Notes under the pieces: model-generated
Told to the model about the DNA's origin: nothing
Databases searched by the model: none
The model's input: the letters and a program-made list of their open reading frames with translations, nothing else
In this document: in pieces, positions 37,152-48,558 of the stretch
Position numbering within the stretch: the stretch's first letter is position 1
How the letters are laid out: each line of letters starts with the position of its first letter
NCBI GenBank assembly: GCA_964016885.1
Contig: OZ024748.1
Coordinates: 48,112,001-48,176,000, forward strand
Reading direction: 5' to 3'
Length of the DNA: 64,000 bases
Source of the DNA: Eledone cirrhosa
Lineage: Eukaryota
Translations under genes and position numbers: made by a program

Positions 37152-38217
37152 ATATTGATTTCTAATTGAGTTACAAGGCCAACAAATTTGGGGAAGGGGT
37201 AAAGTTGATGAAATCAACCCCAGTACTTAACTGGTACTTTATTTTATTGACTCTGGAAAGATGAAATGCAAAGTTGACCTCAGAATGTTGAGAGCCAGAG
37301 CAAATACTGCTTTACTAATCCTGCCAATCCACCACCCTCACCTACAACATTGGTCTCACTCTCCTAAGAAATTATCTGATGTTGTTATTTAGATCCAGTT
37401 GAGGGCAGTGCAGTGGAAAAAGGCATTAAAGCATTGAATGAAAATGTTTTGCTGCATATAGTAATGGTCCTTTATGTTTTGAGTTCAAATCCCACTGAGG
37501 TTAACTTTGCTTTTCATCATTCTGGAGTCAATAAAATAAAGTACCAGTCAAGTACTGAGGTCTGTATAATTGATTTCTCACTACCCAAATAGCTGACATT
37601 GGGCCAATGTTAGAAAGAATTATTAGGGTGGTGGATTTGCAGAATGTTTAGAGTGTTGAACAAATACTCCACAATATTTGTTCCAGTACTTTATGTTCTG
37701 AGTTAAAATCCCACGAAGGTCAACTTTGCCTTTCATCAATCTAGGATTGTTAAAATAAAGTACTAGGCAAGTACTGGGGTTGATATAATTGACTTTCCTC
37801 TCTTCTAAATTTCTGGCTTTTTGCCTAAATCAAAAACAGTTCAAGTAGCAATGATCAAGCAAACTTAAGATTAAAGGTGTTCCAGTTTGTTTTTACTCAT
37901 CATCATCAGTTTTTATCAACTCTTAAAAGTATGAAAGACCACACTGACCTCAATGAGAATGAAACTCAGAGCAAAGAGAGCTAAAATGAATACCACAAAA
38001 GCAATCTATATGATGTTCTAACAACTCTACCAATTCCCACCAACATCAAAAATATAAAAATATAAAATATAGATCTACTGAGATTAGCTTTGCCTTTCAT
38101 CCTTACGAGAGTCGATAAAATAAAGTAACGCACTGGGGGCGATTTAGTTGACACCCCCACCTCACCCCCTCTCCCTTCAAATTGTTGGCCTTGTGCCAAC
38201 ACTAGAAACAATTATTT
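37152..38217. mobile_element. Cluster of five old family A SINEs in mixed orientation (-,+,+,-,+)
   Basis: Copies at ~37152-37335, 37400-37622, 37626-37840, 37905-38045 and 38075-38217. Confidence 0.75.
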
Positions 38218-38236
38218 AATTTTATAATAGTTTTTT

Positions 38237-38248
38237 TTTATTTTTATT
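38237..38248 (-). terminator. Candidate polyadenylation signal(s) AATAAA for AARSD1-like gene
   Basis: Two adjacent AATAAA hexamers on the minus strand 20-30 nt after the stop codon. The context is A-rich, so specificity is low. Confidence 0.35.
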
Positions 38249-38269
38249 TTTTTAGTTTTTTTGTCTTCT

Positions 38270-38393
38270 TTAAGATTCAGTGAGTTTCTCTCGAATAATC
38301 TTCACTGCTTCATCACGGTTGATCATCTTATTGGCTTTTCCTTGGTAACGTCCCTTCTTGCCAGCACCTTTACCATCAAGAATTTTTGCAACA
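38270..38393 (-). CDS. AARSD1: Terminal coding exon of AARSD1-like gene
   Basis: Acceptor TTTACTTTTATATTTTGGTAG; (S)VAKILDGKGAGKKGRYQGKANKMINRDEAVKIIREKLTES*, resembling the AARSD1 C-terminus 'VAEVLEGKGAGKKGRFQGKATKM' (recalled); TAA at 38270-38272. Confidence 0.92.
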
Positions 38394-38525
38394 CTACCAA
38401 AATATAAAAGTAAACAAAAAGAAATATAATTATTTACATTCATACATGAACCCACATACACACACATTTATATATTAACTGTATATAATTATTTACATAC
38501 ATGAACACACACACACATATATATA

Positions 38526-40990
38526 CAGTTGTCCCCAGGTATTCTCAGGGGTTATGTTCCTACAGCACCCAGGAAGAGTGAAAAACCACGAATATTGGAT
38601 GTGGTCCATAAAAATGCCTAGAAACAGCAAAATATAATGTAAAATATAATTTAAAAAATATATAATATTTAATAATAATTTAATAAAAAATACACTAAAA
38701 TGTATGGGTACTCACCAATAATGAATGATATTGATTGAAGGTGATGATGATGATGAAAATAATGAAGATAATGATGGAGGCACATGGCTTAGTGGTTGGA
38801 GCATTGGCCTTGCAATCGAAAGGTTGTGAGTTCAATTCTCAGACCGGGTGATGTGTTGTTTCCTTGAGCAAGACACTTTATTTCACATTGCTCCAGTTTA
38901 CTCAGCTGTAGAAATGAGATGATAGGGACTGGGGTTCCTATCATTCCACTGCAAAGTGGTCGTGGAGGTGCCACGGCAAAAAAGCACCCAGCACTCACTG
39001 TAAATGAGGTTGGTGTTAGGAAGGGCATCCAGCTGTAGAAATCAAGCCAGCATCAGTTCCCGTCCCACCCTTGCAAGCAGGGAAAAGCGGACGTAAAATG
39101 AAATGATGATGATGATGAATGACTGCACAGTAAGGCAGAGGATATAAAGCTCCTCAGGTGGCACCTCATCTGCAGGCATTTCAGCAGATGTGGTATCTTT
39201 GTGCAAGGTTTTCTTGGTGTGCTTGAGGAACATTGTGATGGGAAGTTGCTGTCGCTGTTTCTTCATGGTGGTGAGGAGAGTTTTATATGTCTGCATGGCA
39301 GCATCGATGGCATTTTTAAATTGGAGAGACCAAACCATATAGGATCGCATGCTTCTGCTTTCCCTTGCAACTCCTTTGCTGTCCTCAAAAGGTTGGACAG
39401 ATGTTCCATTGTCAAGCCCTACTCCTCCTCTTCTTCGCTGGCAGACTTTGTTAACTCCAACAAATCCTCGTCCATCAGGGCTTCAGAGTGGGCATCAATG
39501 AGGTTGACCTCATCTTGCATGATATCGTCAAAACCTTTGCCACCAAGTACCTTTCCCAGTCTCACCGCATTGTCGACAGCCTCGTGCTGAATTTCTTCAG
39601 GTGAGAAGACCTTGTAGTCCTGAACACACTCTGGCCACACCGTCTTCCAGCATGCAATGAGGGGTTTCTGTTTGCATGTCCTTAAGAGCAGCTTGGATGA
39701 CTGACAGGCACATTGCAATCATGAAGTTACGCCAATACCCTTTAACTTGAAATTCTCATCAGAGTCCATTGCATCCACAAGGTTGGAAAGGGTTCAGAGT
39801 GTAAAGTGCCTTGAAGGCATGGATCACGCCTTGATCCATAGGCTGGATGAGGTGGTGTTGGCAGGGAGGAACTCAACTTGAACTCCCTCATAATACAAAT
39901 CCAAAGAGTGACCACCAGCATTATCCATAACTAGCAACACCTAAATTTCATGCATACGTTGGCTTGAGAGATGAAACATTGGTGGAACCAGTTCAAAGTT
40001 AGACTTTTGGTAATCCAGGAATTGGAGTTGTGCATCCACTGGACAGGCATCAGATTAAGACCCGATTTCATCATGAAACCAGCAGCATTGCCACACATAA
40101 TGTGTCACTCTGTCCTTCTGTGCCTTAAATCCTGGGGCTCTGGCTTCATCCTTCATGATGTACTATCTGGAAGGCATCTTCTTCCAGAACAAGCCAATCT
40201 CGCCCATATTGAAAACCTGTTCCAACTTGTATCCCTTGTCCTCGATGATCTACCTGAAGGTCTCGAGGTACTTCTTGGCAGCTTCTTTGTCAGCTGATGC
40301 TGCCTCTCCATGCAGGGAAACACACTTTATTTTCAACTGTTTCTGAAAAAGGTTGAACCATTTCTTGCTGGCTTGAAAATCTTCGGGTTCTGGTGCTGTT
40401 GATGGTCATGGTTGCAGTTTTTGGTGACTTCTGCTCCATCTCTTCTATCGAACTGTTGGCATAATTTCCATGCTTTCTCACAAATTATGTTACCACTCAA
40501 GGGAATGTTTTTCTTCTTGTAATCGCTGATCCACAATGCCAAGGCAGATTCCATCCTGACGAAGTGCTTATTTCTCACTGTTGTTATCCTTTTTGCACTT
40601 TCACAGAAACTTTCTGCTACGATAGTTCTGATTGCTGCTTTGTTCTTTTTTATTTAGCGTATGGTGCTGTTGTTGATGCCATAATAGCAACCTACTGCAT
40701 CATAACTTTTGCCTTCCTGGAGCATAACCAGCAGTTGTACCTTCTCATGGAGTGTCATAACCTGCTTTTGCAGCTTAGATTCATTGTCAGAAGCCTTAGA
40801 AGGTGTAGGGCGTTTGGGCAGCATCTTAGGGTTTTAATAAACACACTGCGAAAAATACAACACTCAACAAAACACTCAAGATAGCTATATGATGCAGTTT
40901 TTCCCCAAAACACATACAAAAAATCTTGCCTGCATCTAATATGCATATGCCACTAATGGGAGATCGAGCAGAAGTTAAAAACAATCTTGG
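38526..40990 (-). mobile_element. Tigger/pogo DNA transposon fossil (TIGD1-like transposase pseudogene)
   Basis: TA|CAGTTGTCCCC terminus at 38526; HTH MESALALWI..NIPLSGNIICEKA; VFNMGEIGLFWKKMP, VMDNAGGH and QPMDQGVI DDE motifs; many frameshifts. Second TIR not found. Confidence 0.88.
38776..39118 (+). mobile_element. tRNA-CORE SINE family B with RTE-derived tail, nested in the Tigger fossil
   Basis: A box TGGCTTAGTGG, B box GAGTTCAATTC, CORE-like CCTTGAGCAAGACACTTTATTTCAC, tail GGTTGGTGTTAGGAAGGGCATCCAGCTG...GGACGTAAAATG(ATG)n. Confidence 0.9.
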
Positions 40991-41037
40991 TTTTTAAAAA
41001 TTTAGTTTGTATCACTATTAGATTACCTATACAGCAA

Positions 41038-41258
41038 TCTATACTATAATAAGAGAGAGAAGGACCAGCAAGTGACCAAATTTCAATGAGGCTATATCAG
41101 CTCTCGGCCTTAAAAATTAGCTTGTTGAAATAAACAATGTGTATGATCAAATGTAGCGCAGATTGAAAAAAGCACTGGTATAAAATTAACACCCAGTCCC
41201 ATGTTGTATATCTTTGATCTGTCATCGCAAGCCCAAGTAGTACTGGTGTGCTATACTG
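41038..41258 (+). mobile_element. Possible non-autonomous Helitron
   Basis: 5' TCTATACTATAATAAGAG start; 3' short hairpin CCAAGTAGTACTGG near the end; no canonical CTAG. Confidence 0.35.
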
Positions 41259-41264
41259 TATATA

Positions 41265-41315
<51 letters not shown>

Positions 41316-41583
41316 GTTTTATTATTTATTCTTTGTGCTGATAAATGTCTGTTTATGTATCCATATATGCATCCATACACATCTATACATATGACAAAAA
41401 GCACTCAGTACTCACTGTAAATGAGGTTGGCGCTAGGAAGGGCATCCAACTGTAGAAACAAGCCAAAATCGATTCTGTATGAGCAAGACATGGTCACCTG
41501 ACCTAGTAATACTCACAACAGGATAACTTGTCTAACCCATGCCAGCATAGAAAAATGGACATTAAATGGTGATGATGATGATG

Positions 41584-41621
<38 letters not shown>

Positions 41622-42120
41622 TTTCACTACAAGAGGTTGTTGTTATTGAGAGACAAATACAGAGAGGGAGTGTGTGTCTTTGTGTGTGTGTGTCTTTGTG
41701 TGTGTGTGTGTATGTGTGAAATATAGATATATGTCACCATATTAATTAAGAAACTTTGATTGAAAACGCAGAGTAGAATCAGTTTGAAACTGGTTAGACC
41801 AATTACTCTTGAGTAATGCAACATATGTTAAGAACTGCGCGATTTATTTATTTATTTTTACTTTTGTAGGATGGTAGACTTTATCTGTCGGCTGGTTTTG
41901 CATGATTATCTCTCCTTAGGCTACTTTAAATGGCATCTGCTCTGTTGCATGTATTTAAAACAGATCTCCAGTTTGAGGATAGCTTCCTCTCTCTCTCTTG
42001 GAAGACTTGAAAAGAGTCATAGGCACTCCCTCTCCCCACTCTCTGATAAGAAATAAAAATATAAATATTATATCGTACATGACATTCGAAGTAGGAATTT
42101 TTTTATTCATCAGTAGAAGA

Positions 42121-42164
<44 letters not shown>

Positions 42165-42321
42165 TGGAATAAATGCTCTGAAATAGCGATATATATGTGA
42201 ATATAGACATAGAATATTCGAAAATATTCTGTATGTTTATAATAAACATTTTGAAGACCTAATCGCTATAGAATAGAATACGTCACGTATTACAATTAGA
42301 TTCTCGACAAAAGCAAGGGAA

Positions 42322-42364
42322 GTAATCTACGCGTTTCATTCTCGTTAGAAATCATCAGGACTAC
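42322..42364 (-). ncRNA. Type-I hammerhead ribozyme (monomer copy 1)
   Basis: GUAGUC-CUGAUGA-UUUCU(AACG)AGAAU-GAAA-CGCG-UA^GAUUAC; intact core with palindromic ACGCGU stem III. Confidence 0.8.
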
Positions 42365-42631
42365 ATATCCAGTGCTTTTATCGAGAATGACACAGCTAGA
42401 GACTTATAGAATACTTAGCTGTGTACAGGAACTGGTTTGAAAGAGCGGTTGCCGGTCCGGCAGAAATTAGAAATTGGAATAAATGCTCTGAAATAGCGAT
42501 ATATATGTGAATATAGACATAGAATATTCGAAAATATTCTGTATGTTTATAATAAACATTTTGAAGACCTAATCGCTATAGAATAGAATACGTCACGTAT
42601 TACAATTAGATTCTCGACAAAAGCAAGGGAA

Positions 42632-42674
42632 GTAATCTACGCGTTTCATTCTCGTTAGAAATCATCAGGACTAC
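42632..42674 (-). ncRNA. Type-I hammerhead ribozyme (monomer copy 2)
   Basis: Identical to 42322-42364, 310 bp away. Confidence 0.8.
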
Positions 42675-43018
42675 ATATCCAGTGCTTTTATCGAGAATGA
42701 CACAGCTAGAGACTTATAGAATACTTAGCTGTGTACAGGAACTGGTTTGAAAGAGCGGTTGCCGGTCCGGCAGAAATTAGAAATTGGAATAAATGCTCTG
42801 AAATAGCGATATATATGTGAATATAGACATAGAATATTCGAAAATATTCTGTATGTTTATAATAAACATTTTGAAGACCTAATCGCTATAGAATAGAATA
42901 CGTCACGTATTACAATTAGATTCTCGACAAAAGCAAGGGAAGTAATCTACGCGTTTCATTCTCGTTAAGTATTCTATAAGTCTCTAGCTGTGTCATTCTC
43001 GATAAAAGCACTGGATAT

Positions 43019-43061
43019 GTAGTCCTGATGATTTCTAACGAGAATGAAACGCGTAGATTAC
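43019..43061 (+). ncRNA. Type-I hammerhead ribozyme (inverted copy)
   Basis: GTAGTCCTGATGATTTCTAACGAGAATGAAACGCGTAGATTAC on the + strand. Confidence 0.8.
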
Positions 43062-43354
43062 TTCCCTTGCTTTTGTCGAGAATCTAATTGTAATACGTGA
43101 CGTATTCTATTCTATAGCGATTAGGTCTTCAAAATGTTTATTATAAACATACAGAATATTTTCGAATATTCTATGTCTATATTCATATATATATATATAA
43201 GTATGTATAAGTAACAGCCGTACTAAGAGTGGGAAATGAAATTTCGTTTCATTTTTTTCCATCTATATATATATGATTTATTTCCCTTACATTTGGAAAA
43301 CTTGCTTATCTCCCTTGATGTTAGATTTGTTTACATTTAACTATTTTCACTATG

Positions 43355-43560
43355 AGGCGGCGAATTAGCTAAGTCGGATAGAATGAGTTGCGGTATTCAT
43401 TTCGATTCACAGCGATCTTTGAGTTCAAATCTCGCCGAGGCCAGCTTTTACATTTATTCGAGATCGATTAAAAAAAAAATACCAGTTCGAAATCAACCCG
43501 AGTATCGATTACTCTCTTGCTCTCTCTCTCCTATACTCGAAGAAATCGGCTATGTTCAGA
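43355..43560 (+). mobile_element. tRNA-derived SINE family A-related (old)
   Basis: GGCGGCGAATTAGC head, GAGTTCAAATCTCGCCGAGG B box and degenerate central domain. Confidence 0.6.
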
Positions 43561-43749
43561 CCTGGACATGGAGATGGGTTCCGCCAAATTTAAAATTCCC
43601 CAAACATGTTGTATGCTACTACGGCACTTCTACGACTCTGTCAATAGTTTTGAGTCCATACATACATATGAGCGATCTAAATTTTCGTGTTTATATTTCA
43701 AACATGGAAAATGAAAATTGTGTGTCAATTTATCAGTGGTGGTAAGATC

Positions 43750-44920
43750 CTATAACATCAGATATCTCTCTTTCTATTTATTCCTCAAGTCTGTCTGGAT
43801 GAGACAGACAGGGAGTTGAAAAGGAACTCCTTGAAAGGTACTCACTGCATGATAATTAAAAGCTCACACCAAGGGAAATCACCCAGCAATACTGCAGCGA
43901 ATCCATGGATGAAAAACTGCATGCTTATCAGCAAAAAATCATGCATGGATATGCTGGAAGTTCCAGAGTGAGAGTAATATAGATAAACAAAGCAGTCTAT
44001 CTTGGACCAACGGCCACTATATTGGCTCCCACTTTGAAGGATATACTTTTGCAATCAAAGAACAGGAAATCAACACAAAATACCTGATTCACAAAAGAGA
44101 TAGGGATGCAGGCAAAACACCTAGATGTGATAACAAGTGCAAACTGTAGAATTAACATCTGTCACCCATATCATAAGCAGCTGTCCAAAGATATCACCAC
44201 GATATTATCTACCTATGAGGCATGATGTAGTGGCCAAAACACTGTACAGTGCAATCCATAGAAAAGATAGCCCCGACAATAATCACATTATAAGTTACAG
44301 CAATGTGGAAAATATATCCATACATAATATGAAAGAGTACTGGTGGAATGTTCCAGTAAAATCCCCAATAAAATGCAGGCATAACAAACCAGATATTATG
44401 ATATGGGACAGGGAGAAGAAAGCATGCACAGTAGTGGAAATTAGCTGCCCAGCAGATGCCAATATAATATCAAAGATTAGCGAAAAGGAGAATATTTATG
44501 CAGAACTGATGAGAAATCTGAAGATACTCCACCCTGATTACACCTTCAGATTTATGCCTGTGATTATTGGGGCACTGGGGTATGTTAGTAACTGCCTCAA
44601 TACAAATCTTGAGAAGCTAGGCTTCACAGGAACAGAAAGAACACAACTAGTTAGGAAATTACATTAATGGAACAGTAAAAATATGTAAAACATTCCAAAA
44701 ATGTTGCATCTAATAACTGCATATACACATGTACAGATACAAAGCATATACACATGCACACATACAACTCAAAACATCCACATCCACACATACAATAACA
44801 TCCATATCTACACATGCATGCATGCATACATAATCTACCTAGTTGATGTTGTGTAAATTCCAATGAGAGAGTCTTGTGTCTATTGGGAAAAAATTTGTGA
44901 AATTATAAAACCAGAAGACC
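43750..44920 (+). mobile_element. R4/Dong-like RLE retrotransposon 3' fragment
   Basis: EGYTFAIKEQEI, HIISSCPKI..YYLPMRHD and HNKPDIMIWD..VVEISCP motifs. Confidence 0.8.
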
Positions 44921-45284
44921 ATACATACATGATGGCTTCCCCCTCGTTATTGAGTATGGCCATTGCACGATATACCATTATTAATAATTATTAATTAATT
45001 CTATCGTGCAATGCCTGTGAGGGAAGATATTTTTTAAAGTGAGGGAAGACTGTGCACTGAGCCAATCCCACTCTCTGAGCAACAGAAGCTATAACTTGAA
45101 AAGAAGAAAAGATCAACATCATCGGTAACTACTGAGCCGCAGGTTTTATATCGGAGTTATCCCAGGAAACATACATACATACAAACATACATACATACAT
45201 AGATACATACATACAAACATACATACATACATAGATACATACATACACAAATACATAGATACATACACGATGATGTCCCACCTT

Positions 45285-45740
45285 TCTCTCTCTCACACCA
45301 CCACCACAACACCGTCCACCACCTCTCTCACACCACCACCACACTGTCCCCCCTCTCTCTCACTAATACCTCCCCCCACCACACTGTCCCTCTCTCTCTC
45401 TCACACATACCCCCCCCCCCACCATACTATACCACAGTAATACACTGTCCCCCTCCCTCTCACTACATACCTCCCCCCACCACACTACACCACAGTAATA
45501 CACTGTCCCCCCCTCTCACTACATACCTCCCCCACCACATTGTCCCCCTCCTCTCTCACTAATACCTCCCGCCACCACACTGTCCTCCCTCTCTCTCACT
45601 ACATACCTCCCCCCACCACACTATACCACAGTAATACACTGCCCCCCCCTCTCATTACATACCTGCCCTCCCCACCACACTATACCACAGTAATACACTG
45701 TCCCCCCCTCTCACTATATACCTCCCCTCCCCCATCTCAC
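45285..45740. repeat. C-rich degenerate minisatellite (CACACTATACCACAGTAATACACTGTCCCCCCTCTCACTACATACCTCCCCC-like)
   Basis: Direct inspection. Confidence 0.8.
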
Positions 45741-45849
45741 AGCCAGTCGTAATACATAGATAACTGTAATTAGATTGACATTTTTGATAATTACACCTCT
45801 TAGGAGGAATAAATTTCTTGTCTACCATCTCACATACAAACACATGTAA

Positions 45850-45896
<47 letters not shown>

Positions 45897-45954
45897 GAGA
45901 GAGCGAGAGAGAATAGAGAGATAGGGAAAGAGTGAGACACACACACACATATAT

Positions 45955-46742
45955 ATCATCATCATCATCATCATCATCGTTTAACGTCCATCTTTCACGC
46001 TACCATGGGTTTGGACGGGAATTTTCCTACTAGAGGCAAGATTGGTTGTCTTGCTCATATAGCACTGTCTGGCGGGTTTTCTACGGCTGGATGCCCTTCC
46101 TAACACCAACCACGTTTACAGTGTGGACTGGGAGGTTTTTACCGTGTTACCTACACGGCCACATTACAGCGTGGACTGTGTGTTTTTTTGTCGTGACACC
46201 TACACGTCTGGCGGGTTTTCTACGGCTGGGTGCCCTTCCCAACACCAACCACGTTTACAGTGTGGACTGGGAGGTTTTTACCGTGTTACCTACATGGCCA
46301 CATTACAGCGTGGACTATGTGTTTTTTTGTCGTGACACCTACACGTCTGGCGGGTTTTCTACGGCTGGGTGCCCTTCCCAACACCAACCACGTTTACAGT
46401 GTGGACTGGGAGGTTTTTACCGTGTTACCTACACGCCCACATTACAGCGTGGACTGTGTGTTTTTTTTGTCGTGACACCTACACGCCCTCATTTGTTTCG
46501 GACTGGATGCTGTGGTACCAACATAACTTTACATTGAAAGGTGTGGTATGGATGGGTTGGGGGTAGTGGGGCCAGGGTGTATTTTGTTAGAGGTGCCTAC
46601 TGACTGTAGGTTTCGCTTTGTACTTAGGCAAGGCAGGTTTTCTGTATTACTGTGTAGCACCAAAGATCTCGGTCCAGTGACATTGTCTTGGAGAGGTGTA
46701 AGTGTGTGAGGTCGGAATTTAGCAAGTCGTCCCAGGTTTTTC
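45955..46742 (-). mobile_element. RTE LINE 3' end (same family as 26898-30193) with a 139-bp UTR segment triplicated
   Basis: Reverse complement aligns with ~29680-30190; repeats start at ~46067, 46206 and 46345. Confidence 0.9.
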
Positions 46743-46889
46743 TATATTATATGTCAATTTAGTTACTATCAAAATATTTCCCAAACAAAAACAAAGAAAA
46801 ATTGTATTAAAAGTAAATAATATAAAATATAACAAAAATAACAAACAAAAGTATTTTCTATAAATAAGACAAAGGGTGAGAGGAGAGAG

Positions 46890-47270
46890 ACAACAACAAG
46901 AATACTAACAATTGCAGCAGCAGCAGCTACAACAACAACAGTGGCAATAACCACAACAACAATTGCAGGGAAAACAACAACATCAATAACAATAATAGCA
47001 ACAACAACAACAATAGCAACACCACCAACAACAACAACAACATCAATAGCAACAACAGCAAAAACAATAGCAATAACAACAGCAACAAAAACAATAACAG
47101 CAGCAACAACAACAACAACAACATCATCAATAACAACAACAGCAAAAAGAATAGCAATAACAACAGCAACAATAATAGCAACAACAGCAACAAAAACAAT
47201 AGCAATAACAACAACAACAACAATAGCAATAGAAGCAATATAAAACAACAACAACAGTTGAAGCAACAAG
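46890..47270. repeat. (AAC/AGC/AAT)n compound microsatellite
   Basis: Direct inspection. Confidence 0.88.
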
Positions 47271-47445
47271 CTTCAGTTTTAGTGAAAATGTCAAAGTATG
47301 AGAGGTAAGGAATGAATGTAATGTAATTATTAAAAGAAAAGAAGCTTTAGTGTTTTATGTTGCAGGAAATTTCCAAGTGACCTTCCAAATGTATTTCTGA
47401 GATTTGTCATTGATTAGAGAAAACAAACAATTAAACAATAGATCA

Positions 47446-47500
<55 letters not shown>

Positions 47501-47624
47501 GGAAATTGTAGTTTACTTGAAGCATTACGTAGTGAGGTATAAACGTTTGAAGTTAGAAGGCCAAAACAATGCAGGTATGGAAATAGAATATAAATACAAA
47601 TACAAAAGATATCGCTGACAATTA

Positions 47625-47656
<32 letters not shown>

Positions 47657-48237
47657 GGAGGCCAGCCAGTGAAGAAACAATACCACGTGTTAGGATGGCC
47701 TCCTGAATCTTTTTTCGGGGAAATTATTAGATTTTTCCAAATTTTAAATGTTTCTTAGGAACTTTCAATGTTTATTTTAGGTTTTGCCGTCTGAAGTCCT
47801 CAGTGAAATATGTATAATGGAGTTTTAAATAAAGCTGAATCAACTGAATATGGCCTCCGATCTTTATTAATATATATATATATATCTTCATCACAGTTTA
47901 ATCTCTATTTTTCCATGCTTGCATGGGTTAGACGGGTTGCCCACGTCATGAGAAAAATCTGGCCACATTGGCCAAGCCATACCTTGCTCAGACAGAACTG
48001 CTAGGTTTTTACAGCTGGATGCCCTTCCTACCGTCAACCATGTTTACAGTGTGGAGCTGGGTGGCACCGTTATGATTAATGTCTGGCCAGTTGGCCACGC
48101 CATGCCTTGCACATAATGGGGCCATGTTACTGGTGCACAGCATTTGATCCCTCTTATGCCCAATTTCACTTTCAATTCATTTACACTTTGCCATTCACAC
48201 ACACTACTGTTACACATCCATTTGAGCATGCAGATTG

Positions 48238-48462
48238 TGACACAAAAACAAGATGTTGTAGGATAGAACAAAGGAGAGACAAAATAAAAACCCAGTCACT
48301 GAGGAGGTCACAGGATGTGTGACGAAAGAGCTTTGACAATATATAAACAACCATCCGGTTATCGAACCAATCAACCAACTGGAAATTTAAAATAAATTGA
48401 AGTGAAAACTAACAGGTGCATGTGTTTTTATTGGCAGCCTGACCCTCCCAAAGTACAACACA
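48238..48462 (+). mobile_element. Solo Penelope pseudo-LTR (same family as the 19915-20175 terminus)
   Basis: Aligns with the reverse complement of 19915-20175 and carries the hammerhead at 48295-48337. Confidence 0.85.
48295..48337 (+). ncRNA. Minimal type-I hammerhead ribozyme
   Basis: GUCA-CUGAGGA-G-GUCACA(GGAUG)UGUGAC-GAAA-GAGC-UU-UGAC. Confidence 0.7.
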
Positions 48463-48490
48463 CATTTTAAGAAATCATGTAAAACAAATT

Positions 48491-48555
<65 letters not shown>

Positions 48556-48558
48556 CAT

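Larger units (their letters stand above)
42160..43190 (-). mobile_element. Retrozyme-like / Penelope pseudo-LTR array: 310-bp hammerhead-containing monomer x2.6 plus an inverted partial copy
   Basis: Direct repeats starting at 42160, 42470 and 42780 with no differences seen; inversion at ~42967; (TA)n on both sides; no ORF. Confidence 0.85.

Noticed and set aside
41855-42056. + strand acceptor-like site followed by a 61-aa ORF
   Set aside because: No recognisable homology or partner exon.
42070-42118. Additional hammerhead candidate (CTGATGA on the minus strand at ~42107-42113)
   Set aside because: No stem II, no GAAA and no stem I complement.
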